A stretch of 64,000 nucleotides of DNA, from contig NC_092674.1 in the NCBI RefSeq assembly GCF_964355755.1, forward strand, positions 4,836,001 to 4,900,000, read 5' to 3'. Shown here piece by piece: positions 52,001 through 64,000 of the stretch. Every line of letters begins with the position of its first letter. Position 1 is the stretch's first letter. Below the pieces are notes generated by a model. It ran no database searches, was not told where the DNA came from, and was given only the letters and a program-made list of their open reading frames with translations. The position numbers were made by a program, and so were the translations under genes. The DNA comes from Antedon mediterranea. Taxonomy: Eukaryota > Animalia > Echinodermata.

Positions 52001-53501
52001 ATAAAAAATAAAAATGTAAGAAACTAAATCTATCTTTGTAATGTTCATAATTTCTCCCAGTAACTTCGAATGTCCGTCCTCGTGGGTGACGTTACCAAAC
52101 CCAAAATGGTGTAAAAGTTGATCAAGACATTAAACATTAGGCCTAGGTTAATCTGAACTCAATGCTGTTTGTTTCAGGTAAAGCTATATGCAGTGCCATG
52201 GAAAGAGATTGCCAAGTCACCTGTTGTTTGGTCACTCTGCTTTTGCGCCATTGGATACAATTTCGGATTTTTTCTTCTATTAACAGATATTCCTGTATTT
52301 TTCAAATCGATTTTAGGATTTACATTGAAAATGGTAAGTATAATACGGTGTATGTATTATCATATTGTTTCAACTTGAAATGCTAAACTATAGTCCTAGT
52401 GACGTATACAAATCTCTTCTTAATTCCTCAGACTGGGTTACTAAGCACCTTACCTCATTTTGTATTCTTTATTGTTATTCTGTTTGGAGGAGTTCTTGCT
52501 GATGCCCTGGTGTCTCATAACATATTGTCTGCTATAAACACACGGAAACTATTAGGGTGTTTTGGTAAGAACACAATTTATCCACTATTATATAATGATT
52601 TATACATAATAGATAATAAATCATGATATCATGTAATATATTTTTAATTTCATAGCATAATCAATTCATACCATACTATAATGTGAAATATTCGGGACTT
52701 CACTTTGTAAATACTGTTACGTTCTTTTTGATATTTGTATATATTTGCTAGCTAGCTATATTTTGGAATGCTAGTATTTAGCTCCGTTACTGCTATTTTT
52801 ATAAATAAATAATACAAAATTAGGTTTTTATTGAAAATAATACAATTAAACTATGAATATTTTCTACAATTGTCTTCTCATTCAGCTCTTGGAAGCTCAT
52901 CATTTTTTCTCGTGTGCATTGGTTATGTTGTTAGCAATGCGACACTTTCTGTCATCTTAATAGTTGCTGTTTTCGGTATGTATGGCTTATTTATACCATC
53001 GATTGAGGCAGTTGCGATAGATATTGCACCTAACCATTCCGGATTAATAATTGGAATTATGGCTATATCGCACGCTTGTGGGTTCATTGCCCCGTCGATA
53101 GTAGGACTTTTAACTAGAAGTGGCGTAAGTATGATGTTTAATAATTGCAGTATTATGTTTTTAATAAAGATAATTGAAAGAAAACAGAATGTTTATAGCA
53201 AATGCCCAATAAATATATCTATAATATAAAATGCTGATAATGTACATTGGTCATGAAGATGATAGATTTTCGATTTCATGTTGTTTAACCGTCTGTCTTT
53301 CAGAACACAATTTATCAATGGAGGAAAGTGTTTTGGATGATAGCAAGTGTACAAGTACTTGGATTAGTGAGTTTTCTGATCTTTGGTACTAGTGAGGTTC
53401 AAGAATGGTCCAAATCCTCCAACCCTGAACTGGTTTCCTGTCGTGAATTAGAAGAAAGTACAGGTCAGGCAGTCAGTGAAAGATCCAGGATTTTGAAATA
53501 G
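49002..53501 (+). CDS. SLC17/sialin-like transporter copy C, 502 aa (exons 49002-49062, 49605-49780, 50447-50674, 51155-51242, 51411-51506, 51882-52015, 52178-52333, 52432-52564, 52886-53124, 53304-53501)
   Basis: Same exon structure and phases as B, 1509 nt in frame, TAG stop; N-terminal DEREPIL dileucine-like motif. Confidence 0.9.
49367..49524. mobile_element. MITE family 1, complete
   Basis: TIRs with TAA TSD. Confidence 0.85.
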
Positions 53502-54339
53502 AAATTCCCGAATGCTTAAAAATATTAAATGAATTGTTGAAATTAAAGAATTGTTATATTTTATTTGTTTATTCTGAGATTTAGGTTAGTTGGGACCAGA
53601 TGTGGGAAGATGTGGGAGTAAAATAATAAATTATATTGAAGTAGAGAAAGAGTAAAAAAAAATAAATCTTGTCTGTAAAATGATTACGCATCAAGCGATT
53701 ATTACCTTAACATAATTACAGTACTGTACTAAACCATACTAGAGATTCGCCAACAAGCGTAATGCAGTCTTTTGGTTTTCGAAGTTTGCTAGTGTAGTTC
53801 AGCAAACTACAAAAAGCTCCGAGTTTACAAATAATTGCTAGTGTCGAATTAGACTTGCCCCAAGTCTGTAGTTATTTCGAGGCTTTTCGATGTTTGTCTG
53901 AAATACACGCTCAAGTAGTATACGTATGAAACGCCATATGTGCCAAAATATTTATGTTTTTATTAATATAGTCAAAACTCTGTCTAGAATAGTGTAGACT
54001 ATGCATTAACCTACACCACTAAAATGTCCACATGAGCAATAATCATCACTTTCCGCACTCATTTTTTTTAAATTGAAGTTACGGTGTTTGAAAATAAAAT
54101 AGCTAACTTTTTGAATTGTAACATTGTTTGTATACAGTATTGCATAATCGTCGGTATTGCATAATCGTCGTTATGCAAATCGCAGTAATAGGGACTTTTA
54201 GACTTGAGTGAACGTAAGCAAAGATGACGTCCACATGGGTCGTAGTCGACTGTTGCTCGTCGACAGATATATATGAACGTTTTACGTTGACTCATGATGT
54301 CAGAGAGCGAACGACAAAATGCCACTGGAATGCCACGTT

Positions 54340-54480
54340 AGTCGGCCTGATGATAAGACATGGATAGGTTGTGAAACGTCAATGTGTTACTATTACCAAG
54401 TAAGTCCAGTTGACTAGAATTACTATTCTATAATTAGTAATACCGTTAGTAATTCACTGGGAGTCTAGAATATCTTAGAT
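54340..54480 (+). mobile_element. Decayed Penelope-like 3' end with degenerate hammerhead core
   Basis: CTGATGA-taagacatggataggttgt-GAAACGTC (54347-54380) followed by taagtccagttgact and an AT-rich tail. Confidence 0.4.
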
Positions 54481-54949
54481 CTTAGTTTTCTAGACACCCG
54501 TGTGCACTTATTTTGGGTTTTATATAGAGAATTTCAATTTACGACAAACTAGGACAAACACCTACTTGTATAATATAATTGTGCATATAGTACGTCACTT
54601 GGACCCTAGAAAAGAAGACATTGTGTTCAACGACAATATTAAAATTGTTCCCTTTTGTTAAATCAAGGCTATGGCCTTGATTAAAATAAAGGAAATTGAA
54701 CTCTTAAGCATACAATGGTTGATGTTATTGTGTGTATTTTATGAATCGTGGAGAATATATACTTTTAAAGTAGTTTTTATACTTGACTGAATACATTGAC
54801 ATGGACTCTTGTCCGCAAATAGGGTTTTATTAGTGGAACATTTGATGGATATAAGTGACCAACCAATTACGACTGTATAGTTCAAGCTTTTGGAATTAAT
54901 AAGTTAAAATATTTTAAAATAAAACTTTTTTGTTGTTTTATTTCTTAAG

Positions 54950-55571
54950 GGCTTTGTTTACCCAGCTGTAATTAATCTCGTTACAAACTGGTTGAAATTG
55001 AACGAACGTAGTACATTTTTATCACTTTCGGTATCAGGTAATACTGTTGATACCTTTCTGTCATCTTAATAATTGCTGCTTTCAGTGTGTACGGATTGTA
55101 CATACCATCTATCGAAGCAGTTGCGATAGATATTGCACCTAACCATTCCGTATTAATAATTGGAATTATGGCTACATCGAACGTGTCCGGATTCATTGCC
55201 CCATCGGTGGTAGGACTTTTAATTAGAAGTGGTGTAATTATGATGTTTATTAATTATTCGTGTTTTAATCAGGATAATTGATTTGGTAACCACTCGGCAC
55301 AATTGAAAAAAATATAGCGAATGTACAAATATATCACGCTTGTTGCACTCATTGCCTTTCAGAACACAGTTTATTATCAATGGAGGAAAATATTTTGGAT
55401 GATAGCCGGTTTAAAAGTGTTTGGATTGGTGAGTTTCTCGTCTTTGGTTCTAGTGAGGTACAAGAATGGTCCAAAACCCCTGACAGTGAACTGGTTACCT
55501 GTCTTGAGTTAGAAGAGATTAGGCCTACAGGACAGGCAGCCAGTGGTGGTACTGTAGATCCGGAAGATTGA
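54950..55571 (+). pseudogene. SLC17 pseudogene copy D (exon 4, part of exon 9, frameshifted exon 10)
   Basis: Exon-4 homolog 54950-55037 is followed within ~20 nt by mid-exon-9 sequence (exons 5-8 deleted); indels in exon 10. Confidence 0.85.
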
Positions 55572-55971
55572 AATAGGTCCGAAGGCTTAAATATTAAATA
55601 CATTGTTGAATTTAACCAACGTTACATGGTATCTAAATTATAGATACACTACCAATCATGAACAAAGAGTTTTTTGTATTTATTTTATTTTAATTTTGAA
55701 AAGAACGTAATTAATAGTACCATGTTACTCTACACCTCTCAAATTGCCAACACTGAGCATTTTGATCAAATTGAATTGGTACGGTGGTGTAGGAGAATAA
55801 AAAAAACACTTACAGCAATACATTATAAAGTGAAACAGCAATGACTAAATTACTAGAATTTTTCTAGAATCATTTTATATTGGCCTATTGCATGTGATCA
55901 TCGTTAAGCTAAAAGTTACTGCAAATCGCATTAGGCCTAATGTGTAGGTCTGCAATTCGTAATATCTTTAA

Positions 55972-56284
55972 AGATGTATTGTTCCCTCAAAAACATGAAA
56001 ATGAAGATTAATTAAGTCAGATTTTGAACAGGTTATTTTGCAGTTATAATAAAGTAAAAGAAAAAATATGTTTTCTCATATAAAATGACAAAATAAATGG
56101 TCAAATTGGATCAACCAAAAACCCATTGGCTATTTTTTGCTTTAAATTACTGGTTTTTTTTTTCAATTAAATAGAATTTTTTTTCGATTTAATTTTTGTT
56201 CAAAGTGGATAATTATTATGTGACATTAAAATGGCATGTTAAAAAAAATTACAAATTTCTTTTTTTCAGGGGGACAATACATCT
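55972..56284. mobile_element. Kolobok-type MITE
   Basis: TTAA-AGATGTATTGTTCCC ... GGGGACAATACATCT-TTAA. Confidence 0.75.
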
Positions 56285-57443
56285 TTAAGTAGGCCTATTG
56301 GTTTTTTACAATTAATCACTAAGTGCGTATACTCAACAATAATCACAATAACAGCTATTTATTTTACATCAAAATTGACATACAATTACTGTACTTTTTG
56401 TGTACACGTTTATTCATCATATTTTGGGTTTTGTATGTTTATATTATTATGTCTTATCACAGACATTGATACTCACGAGTTCAAATGTCATATGATCATT
56501 GGTACGTACTCATTATTCACACGCGTTAGCATTCTGATTGGTACAGTACGCACGCGTTCAAATAATGATTGGTACGCGCGCCTTCAATTGATCATTTATA
56601 CGCACATGTTTAAATGTTCATTGGTACGTGTGCGTATAAATGATGATGAAACACAAAAACAAATTCAATCGTTGATTGAATAATCACGTAATAGATTAAA
56701 TATCATTATGACACTTAAATGGCGAAGGTTATTATATAGTTGATGTTTGCTCTTGTTTGATACTTATGAAATACCGGTACTGTAATTATGATCATTTGCA
56801 AACACACAAAATCTTTAACGTTTAAAAAATAGCAATTTTGTGCTACAAGATAACACCAAATGATTACACTTTACGAAGATAATTACCATTATTCTATAAT
56901 ATTCATCCATATTAATAAATATCAGTAGAAATAATACAATCTTCATAAGAGGTCATTTATAGTATACACTGATATATATTTTATGAATAAAAAAATCACA
57001 TTATATCTATACAATCTACAACCATATAAGATGCAATGTTTGCTTTGATTTAACATGTATTTCTATACAATAAAATGGATTGACAATAAGACAAATTACG
57101 AAACGAAAATAATAAAAATAACTTTTATAATTCGAAATATATAGTATTTAAAAATAATATTTGTTTATATACTGTACTTAATTTTTCTAAATAATTGGCA
57201 CATTCGCAGATAATTATTTACAACTGGTATTCAAGATAATAAATACAACCATTCTAAATATTAAACTAAATACAAATAGTTAAAATGTTTCCACCTTAAC
57301 GTTTTACAAACAGCTGGTAAGTATAGCAAAACTACAGCTGGTCTTAAACTGAGGAACAGCACAAAACAAAAACGAAAGTGCAATTGCTGGAATTGGAGCA
57401 CGGTTATATTGTCATGTCCAAACAATTGTAGTTCCACAACTGT

Positions 57444-59131
57444 TTAAACCTTTGAAATTTCTAGGCCTTCAAACAAATCCATATCGGAACCTAAATCTCC
57501 GGCTGGGTAATTAAAATTCCCTTCAAAATAAGATCCTGGTAAGTTTGGCATGTAGTTATCAAACTCTAGTTCATTTTCTTCCTGATAAATTACCATATCA
57601 CCAATAATTTGTGTATTTGATGGGAACTGGTTATTATTGAATGAATTTGGTCGTTTAGTAGGAGTTTCTGGTAATCTTCTCCGCGTGGGACTAGACTCTG
57701 CACTGCCACCAGAAATTGTCTTTGACAGACTTTCATCGCTAATAAATACTTGTCTCCACATATGTCTATCGTCTTTCTTTTCAAGTTTTCGTATCGGTGA
57801 TGGTTGTTCATCACTGAACATATACTCTTGGGAACTTGTACTGTAAAAAGATAGTCTCATTGGATTCAAATCTGACTCTGCTGACGAAAGACATTCAGTT
57901 GATTTCCGTTGACGTTTGGCGGCTTTCTGTTTCAGACGTCGTACTGGTCCACCGGGCGGCGACTCTCTTGTCATGGACATATGGCTAGCGACACTTTCTG
58001 ACGGACTCATTGTCTCCGAATCTAATCTCTCTGTACTTTCTGATGGTTCTTCATTGATTGTCATAACCGCGTTTTTGTTTGAACTTAGTCGACGTGTTTT
58101 AGAATTCTTTTGCCGAGTTGGAGTAACAGTACGTTGAGGTGAATTCTGATCAGGTTGTTCCATTTGGAATTCATAGAAAGCTGGTCTGGGAGCCGCTGGT
58201 AGCTTTCGTGGAACACGACTTGTAGGACTCCTAGTATCGCTATTCGTTTTTTCCGAGTGAACAACCACTTGTGTCGATGTGGGTGTCGTTTGTCTATCCC
58301 CGTCTTTACCACTTACCAAATGAGTTTCTGGAAGTATATCTGTAATGCCACAAGTGCTCTGTGACCTCCGCTGATCTTGATTTCCAACCAACGGGTTGTC
58401 TTTCTCATGACAAAGACTTAAACTTCTTGAAATTGCAAACCCGAGTGGTGTTAGATTGCCTTCTCGGTTGACGTATGGTGCAGCGAATTGAAAGTTTGAT
58501 GGTAAAGTGTTAGAAGAATCACAGCTATTGATCGAGGCTTGACGGGAATATCCAGACGGTCCTTCTCGCATGGTGTACTTGATTTGAAAGCTACTTCGAC
58601 TACCATCACTGTGAAATGAATATCTGTGGTTCCTCTGACCATCAGGATTACGGTCATCGAATGAGGCGTTTATTGCACCTGTAAACGATTGGTCCTGTCC
58701 AAGAGGGTCTTTACGGCAGTCATCGCTGTCAATAGATATCAGTCGACGTGGGAAGTCATTTGAATCCAGATTCGAATGTTCTTCTTTTGCTAGATACATT
58801 TGACTCCTATCGCAGACTTTGCCATCAGGATTGCCTCTATCGTCCATGTCACTCGGTATGTCTGTTTTATATGGTCGATGCACAGGGGAGCATTTATCTT
58901 GTTCTGCTGGAATAGAAAACTCTGACTTGATTCGAGGTTTAATGTTTCGTATACACTCCAACATTAAGCCACTCTTGATGTAAATGTAAGTTACGGCAGC
59001 AACTGTTATGAAGATTACACATACACACGTGATCACTCCAGCCATCATGATGGTATTTCCGGAAAACTGGTCTGGATTCGGATTTTCATAAATATGCTCT
59101 TTCTTTGTAGCTTCAATTACGCCTTCTTTCT
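57444..59131 (-). CDS. Last exon (~560 aa) of an unidentified single-pass membrane protein with a long Ser/Pro/Arg-rich cytoplasmic tail
   Basis: Long ORF with higher GC; acceptor tttctttcAG at 59133-59132; hydrophobic segment IMMAGVITCVCVIFITVAAVTYIYI followed by K; TAA at 57444-57446. Upstream exons not identified. Confidence 0.8.
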
Positions 59132-59748
59132 CTGAAAGAAAACAAAAATGTAAAACTGTAAGTAAATATGAAAAATATATTTCTATTCCTCCCAGAGAAA
59201 TAATTGTATTTTTGTGGTTCATTCATTCATTCATGGCTTATTCAATCTCTGTTGGATTTAACCTTCCTCAAGTCTTAGCCAATCTTTTCTATTATTTTCT
59301 GTAGTTTCTGTGTATGTGTTTATGGCTGTTGGGTTCTCTAAAAATAGTAAACCTCATTTTGCCCTACCAGGTGATGTTACAATTTTAATTAAATTGTAAA
59401 TAATTTTTAAATAGTTTTTTTTATATTATGTATTTTGTTTGTTTTATCTGTTTATGTGAACATTTGCCCTTGATGGCAGTAGAGAATAAATTGAATCGAA
59501 TTCAATCCGCCACTTCCTACGTTCAGTAATATAATTTTTTTTTCTTTTAATTTTTAATTTTAAAAAAATTCACCCTACAGTGATAATTCGTCATTAGAGT
59601 TTTAAAAATAACCAACATTACATTCAACAATACCAAATTGTATGTAAATGACAAAATACTTTATCGTATAAAAGGCAATTATATAGTATATATAAAACTG
59701 TTTATTAAATGATATCAAACAAAATACATTTTGTAATAGGAAAATGAC

Positions 59749-59991
59749 GAAAACGGTTGGCTGAGAAGCCATGAAAGTACAATTAATACAGAATGAGAGA
59801 AAGGTGAGCGGGCAAGCGACACCGAGTGAGAAAACGGTTGGCTGAGAAGCCATGAAAGTACAATTAATACAGAGTGAGAGAAAGATGAGCAGGCAAGCGA
59901 CACCGAGTGAGAAAACGGTTGGCTGAGAAGCCATGAAAGTACAATTAATACAGAGTGAGAGAAAGATGAGCAGGCAAGCGACACTGAGTGA
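59749..59991. repeat. 81-bp tandem repeat, 3 copies
   Basis: gaaaacggttggctgagaagccatg... recurs at 59749, 59830, 59911. Confidence 0.95.
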
Positions 59992-62955
59992 GTACGCCTA
60001 CCAATGGACTACTAATGATAATGAGGTATGTGTTAATACTTGACACTGAGTGAGTACGCCTACCAATGGACTACTAATGATAATGAGGTATGTGTTAATA
60101 CTTGACACTGAGTGAGTACGCCTACCAATGGACTACTAATGATAATGAGGTATGTGTTAATACTTGACACTGAGTGAGTACGCCTACCAATGGACTACTA
60201 ATGATAATGAGGTATGTGTTAATACTTGAAACTGAGTGAGTACGCCTACCAATGGACTACTAATGATAATGAGGTATGTGTTAATACTTGACACTGAGTG
60301 AGTACGCCTACCAATGGACTCTACTAATGATAATGAGGTATGTGTTAATACTTGACACTGAGTGAGTACGCCTACCAATGGACTACTAATGATAATGAGG
60401 TATGTGTTAATACTTGACACTGAGTGAGTACGCCTACCAATGGACTACTAATGATAATGAGGTATGTGTTAATACTTGACACTGAGTGAGTACGCCTACC
60501 AATGGACTACTAATGATAATGAGGTATGTGTTAATACTTGACACTGAGTGAGTACGCCTACCAATGGACTACTAATGATAATGAGGTATGTGTTAATACT
60601 TGACACTGAGTGAGTACGCCTACCAATGGACTACTAATGATAATGAGGTATGTGTTAATACTTGACACTGAGTGAGTACGCCTACCAATGGACTACTAAT
60701 GATAATAAGGTATGTGTTAATACTTGACACTGAGTGAGTACGCCTACCAATGGACTACTAATGATAATGAGGTATGTGTTAATACTTGACACTGGGTGAG
60801 TACGCCTACCAATGGACTACTAATGATAATGAGGTATGTGTTAATACTTGACACTGAGTGAGTACGCCTACCAATGGACTACTAATGATAATGAGGTATG
60901 TGTTAATACTTGACACTGAGTGAGTACGCCTACCAATGGACTACTAATGATAATGAGGTATGTGTTAATACTTGACACTGAGTGAGTACGCCTACCAATG
61001 GACTACTAATGATAATGAGGTATGTGTTAATACTTGACACTGAGTGAGTACGCCTACCAATGGACTACTAATGATAATGAGGTATGTGTTAATACTTGAC
61101 ACTGAGTGAGTACGCCTACCAATGGACTACTAATGATAATGAGGTATGTGTTAATACTTGACACTGGGTGAGTACGCCTACCAATGGACTACTAATGATA
61201 ATGAGGTATGTGTTAATACTTGACACTGAGTGAGTACGCCTACCAATGGACTACTAATGATAATGAGGTATGTGTTAATACTTGACACTGAGTGAGTACG
61301 CCTACCAATGGACTACTAATGATAATGAGGTATGTGTTAATACTTGACACTGAGTGAGTACGCCTACCAATGGACTACTAATGATAATGAGGTATGTGTT
61401 AATACTTGACACTGAGTGAGTACGCCTACCAATGGACTACTAATGATAATGAGGTATGTGTTAATACTTGACACTGGGTGAGTACGCCTACCAATGGACT
61501 ACTAATGATAATGAGGTATGTGTTAATACTTGACACTGAGTGAGTACGCCTACCAATGGACTACTAATGATAATGAGGTATGTGTTAATACTTGACACTG
61601 AGTGAGTACGCCTACCAATGGACTACTAATGATAATGAGGTATGTGTTAATACTTGACACTGAGTGAGTACGCCTACCAATGGACTACTAATGATAATGA
61701 GGTATGTGTTAATACTTGACACTGGGTGAGTACGCCTACCAATGGACTACTAATGATAATGAGGTATGTGTTAATACTTGACACTGAGTGAGTACGCCTA
61801 CCAATGGACTACTAATGATAATGAGGTATGTGTTAATACTTGACACTGAGTGAGTACGCCTACCAATGGACTACTAATGATAATGAGGTATGTGTTAATA
61901 CTTGACACTGAGTGAGTACGCCTACCAATGGACTACTAATGATAATGAGGTATGTGTTAATACTTGACACTGAGTGAGTACGCCTACCAATGGACTACTA
62001 ATGATAATGAGGTATGTGTTAATACTTGACACTGAGTGAGTACGCCTACCAATGGACTACTAATGATAATGAGGTATGTGTTAATACTTGACACTGGGTG
62101 AGTACGCCTACCAATGGACTACTAATGATAATGAGGTATGTGTTAATACTTGACACTGAGTGAGTACGCCTACCAATGGACTACTAATGATAATGAGGTA
62201 TGTGTTAATACTTGACACTGAGTGAGTACGCCTACCAATGGACTACTAATGATAATGAGGTATGTGTTAATACTTGACACTGAGTGAGTACGCCTACCAA
62301 TGGACTACTAATGATAATGAGGTATGTGTTAATACTTGACACTGAGTGAGTACGCCTACCAATGGACTACTAATGATAATGAGGTATGTGTTAATACTTG
62401 ACACTGAGTGAGTACGCCTACCAATGGACTACTAATGATAATGAGGTATGTGTTAATACTTGACACTGAGTGAGTACGCCTACCAATGGACTACTAATGA
62501 TAATGAGGTATGTGTTAATACTTGACACTGGGTGAGTACGCCTACCAATGGACTACTAATGATAATGAGGTATGTGTTAATACTTGACACTGGGTGAGTA
62601 CGCCTACCAATGGACTACTAATGATAATGAGGTATGTGTTAATACTTGACACTGAGTGAGTACGCCTACCAATGGACTACTAATGATAATGAGGTATGTG
62701 TTAATACTTGACACTGAGTGAGTACGCCTACCAATGGACTACTAATGATAATGAGGTATGTGTTAATACTTGACACTGAGTGAGTACGCCTACCAATGGA
62801 CTACTAATGATAATGAGGTATGTGTTAATACTTGACACTGAGTGAGTACGCCTACCAATGGACTACTAATGATAATGAGGTATGTGTTAATACTTGACAC
62901 TGAGTGAGTACGCCTACCAATGGACTACTAATGATAATGAGGTATGTGTTAATCC
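59980..62955. repeat. Highly homogeneous 62-bp satellite, ~48 copies
   Basis: Unit gacactgagtgagtacgcctaccaatggactactaatgataatgaggtatgtgttaatactt, head-to-tail with no spacers. Confidence 0.98.
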
Positions 62956-62993
62956 TTGAATTTTCTTTGATGCACAATTACAACTTTCATGTA

Positions 62994-63261
62994 GGCCATG
63001 TTTCCGCAGCCAAAAATTAACCGATAATTAGCCGATAATTAACCGATAAACTGCCTGTGGAAACGGTGTTTAACCGATTCAGCTCGAAAAAAATAACCGA
63101 TAATTATATCATTCAAATTATTGGATAAATGCGATCATTTTAACCTTTGACCTGTAGGACAAATTGTTGCGTTGTGATTGGTCATTTGGTTGTTTTAATA
63201 ATAATAAACTGATCATGCGCACTTTATTGGTTAAAAAATAACTTTGTTTTGGCTGCGGAAA
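62994..63261. mobile_element. MITE remnant with TTTCCGCAGCCAAAA TIR
   Basis: tttccgcagccaaaa (63001) / ttttggctgcggaaa (63247); internal aaccgataatt repeats. Confidence 0.55.
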
Positions 63262-63570
63262 TTTATTTGACAAAGATAACACACATTCATTTATAGCGCC
63301 ACCTACATTGAAATTACTTTTAGCCCCAAGTGCCATAACAAATAATGGTGATGTTAGATGGGAATATTATATTCAGAAAGGATATTAGCACAAATTAGTA
63401 GTCTACATCTTTGGATATCAATATCTTACCCAGAGCATTACGTATAGTACTTAAGTTCGGTATTGAGTTATTAAAGCGAAAAAAGACTCTTGATTATAGA
63501 TTTATATTAACCAATTAGTCGAGAATGGTATTTATTAATTGAGAGTAAAAACGACAAATGATGTAACTTA

Positions 63571-63732
63571 AGCTCTGTCTACACTATCAAACTAGTTTGA
63601 TAAAAAAAAGTGTGATGTACCCAAATATTGTGGTGATATGACCAAGTATGGTAGTGATATGACATCATCATGTCCATATATGGGCACATCATATTTTTTT
63701 GTCACATAAAGTTTGATAGTGTAGAAATAGCT
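63571..63732. mobile_element. MITE family 1, complete
   Basis: TIRs with TTA TSD. Confidence 0.85.
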
Positions 63733-64000
63733 TTAAATCAGTACAAAATTTGGAAGATTCATATGAATAATGAGCGTATAATATTATTTACGTCACTAGT
63801 ATGGTCTTTAAACAATACATTAGTTTTTCAATATTGCAAAGGTAGATACATTGTTTCAATCGATTTTTAAACACATTTTTTTAATCGATTTTAAAACATA
63901 TTTTTTAATCGACTTTAAAACACATTTTTATATCTGAATTATTCTTTTTAATAAAAAGAAAGGATTGTTTTTAAACATTTGAATGCATGAACAATACGGG

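Noticed and set aside
59602-60420. Hydrophobic repeat ORFs
   Set aside because: Translations of the 81-bp and 62-bp tandem repeats.
59980-62955. CRISPR array
   Set aside because: Units are contiguous and identical with no unique spacers; no cas genes; eukaryotic context.
59980-62955. Hammerhead-containing satellite (CTAATGA...GACAC with a small stem)
   Set aside because: Both invariant boxes (CUGANGA, GAAA) are mismatched in the consensus and no stem I/III with an NUH site can be drawn.
63428-63500. Upstream exon of the minus-strand membrane protein gene (donor GG|GTAAG at ~63429)
   Set aside because: The phase-compatible frame is closed by a stop within ~25 codons and no good acceptor is evident.

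Overview
AT-rich, intron-containing animal genomic DNA; probably a marine invertebrate deuterostome such as an echinoderm (inferred from gene structure and TE content). Host genes, left to right: the last three exons of a TMEM131-like gene (+, 13-1239); a complete six-coding-exon spartin gene (-, 10790-14448); a tandem cluster of SLC17/sialin-like MFS transporters on +; and the long last exon of an unidentified single-pass membrane protein (-, 57444-59131). The SLC17 cluster has five members: a collapsed relic (~24.8 kb), frameshifted copy A (27565-35847), intact copy B (39892-47242), intact divergent copy C (49002-53501) and deleted pseudogene D (54950-55571). A and B lie in a near-identical ~11 kb tandem duplication. 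The two units differ by insertions from several TE superfamilies, with empty sites readable in the sister copy: a Penelope-like element with an inverted 3' end carrying a minimal type I hammerhead ribozyme, an L2 LINE, a Helitron, an Academ-type element, an unclassified CAGTGG-TIR element and an hAT fragment. Other features include a solo LTR, Helentron-type elements, two tRNA-Val-derived pseudogenes, many Harbinger-type MITEs, a Kolobok-type MITE, a 20-bp P-element-like footprint and several minisatellite/satellite arrays (about 48 copies of a 62-mer at 59980-62955). No CRISPR array or prokaryotic system is present. I see no clearly new biological system. The hammerhead-bearing Penelope insertion and the TE-differentiated SLC17 duplication are the most notable items. 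All coordinates were read by hand and family names are from recalled motifs, not searches.
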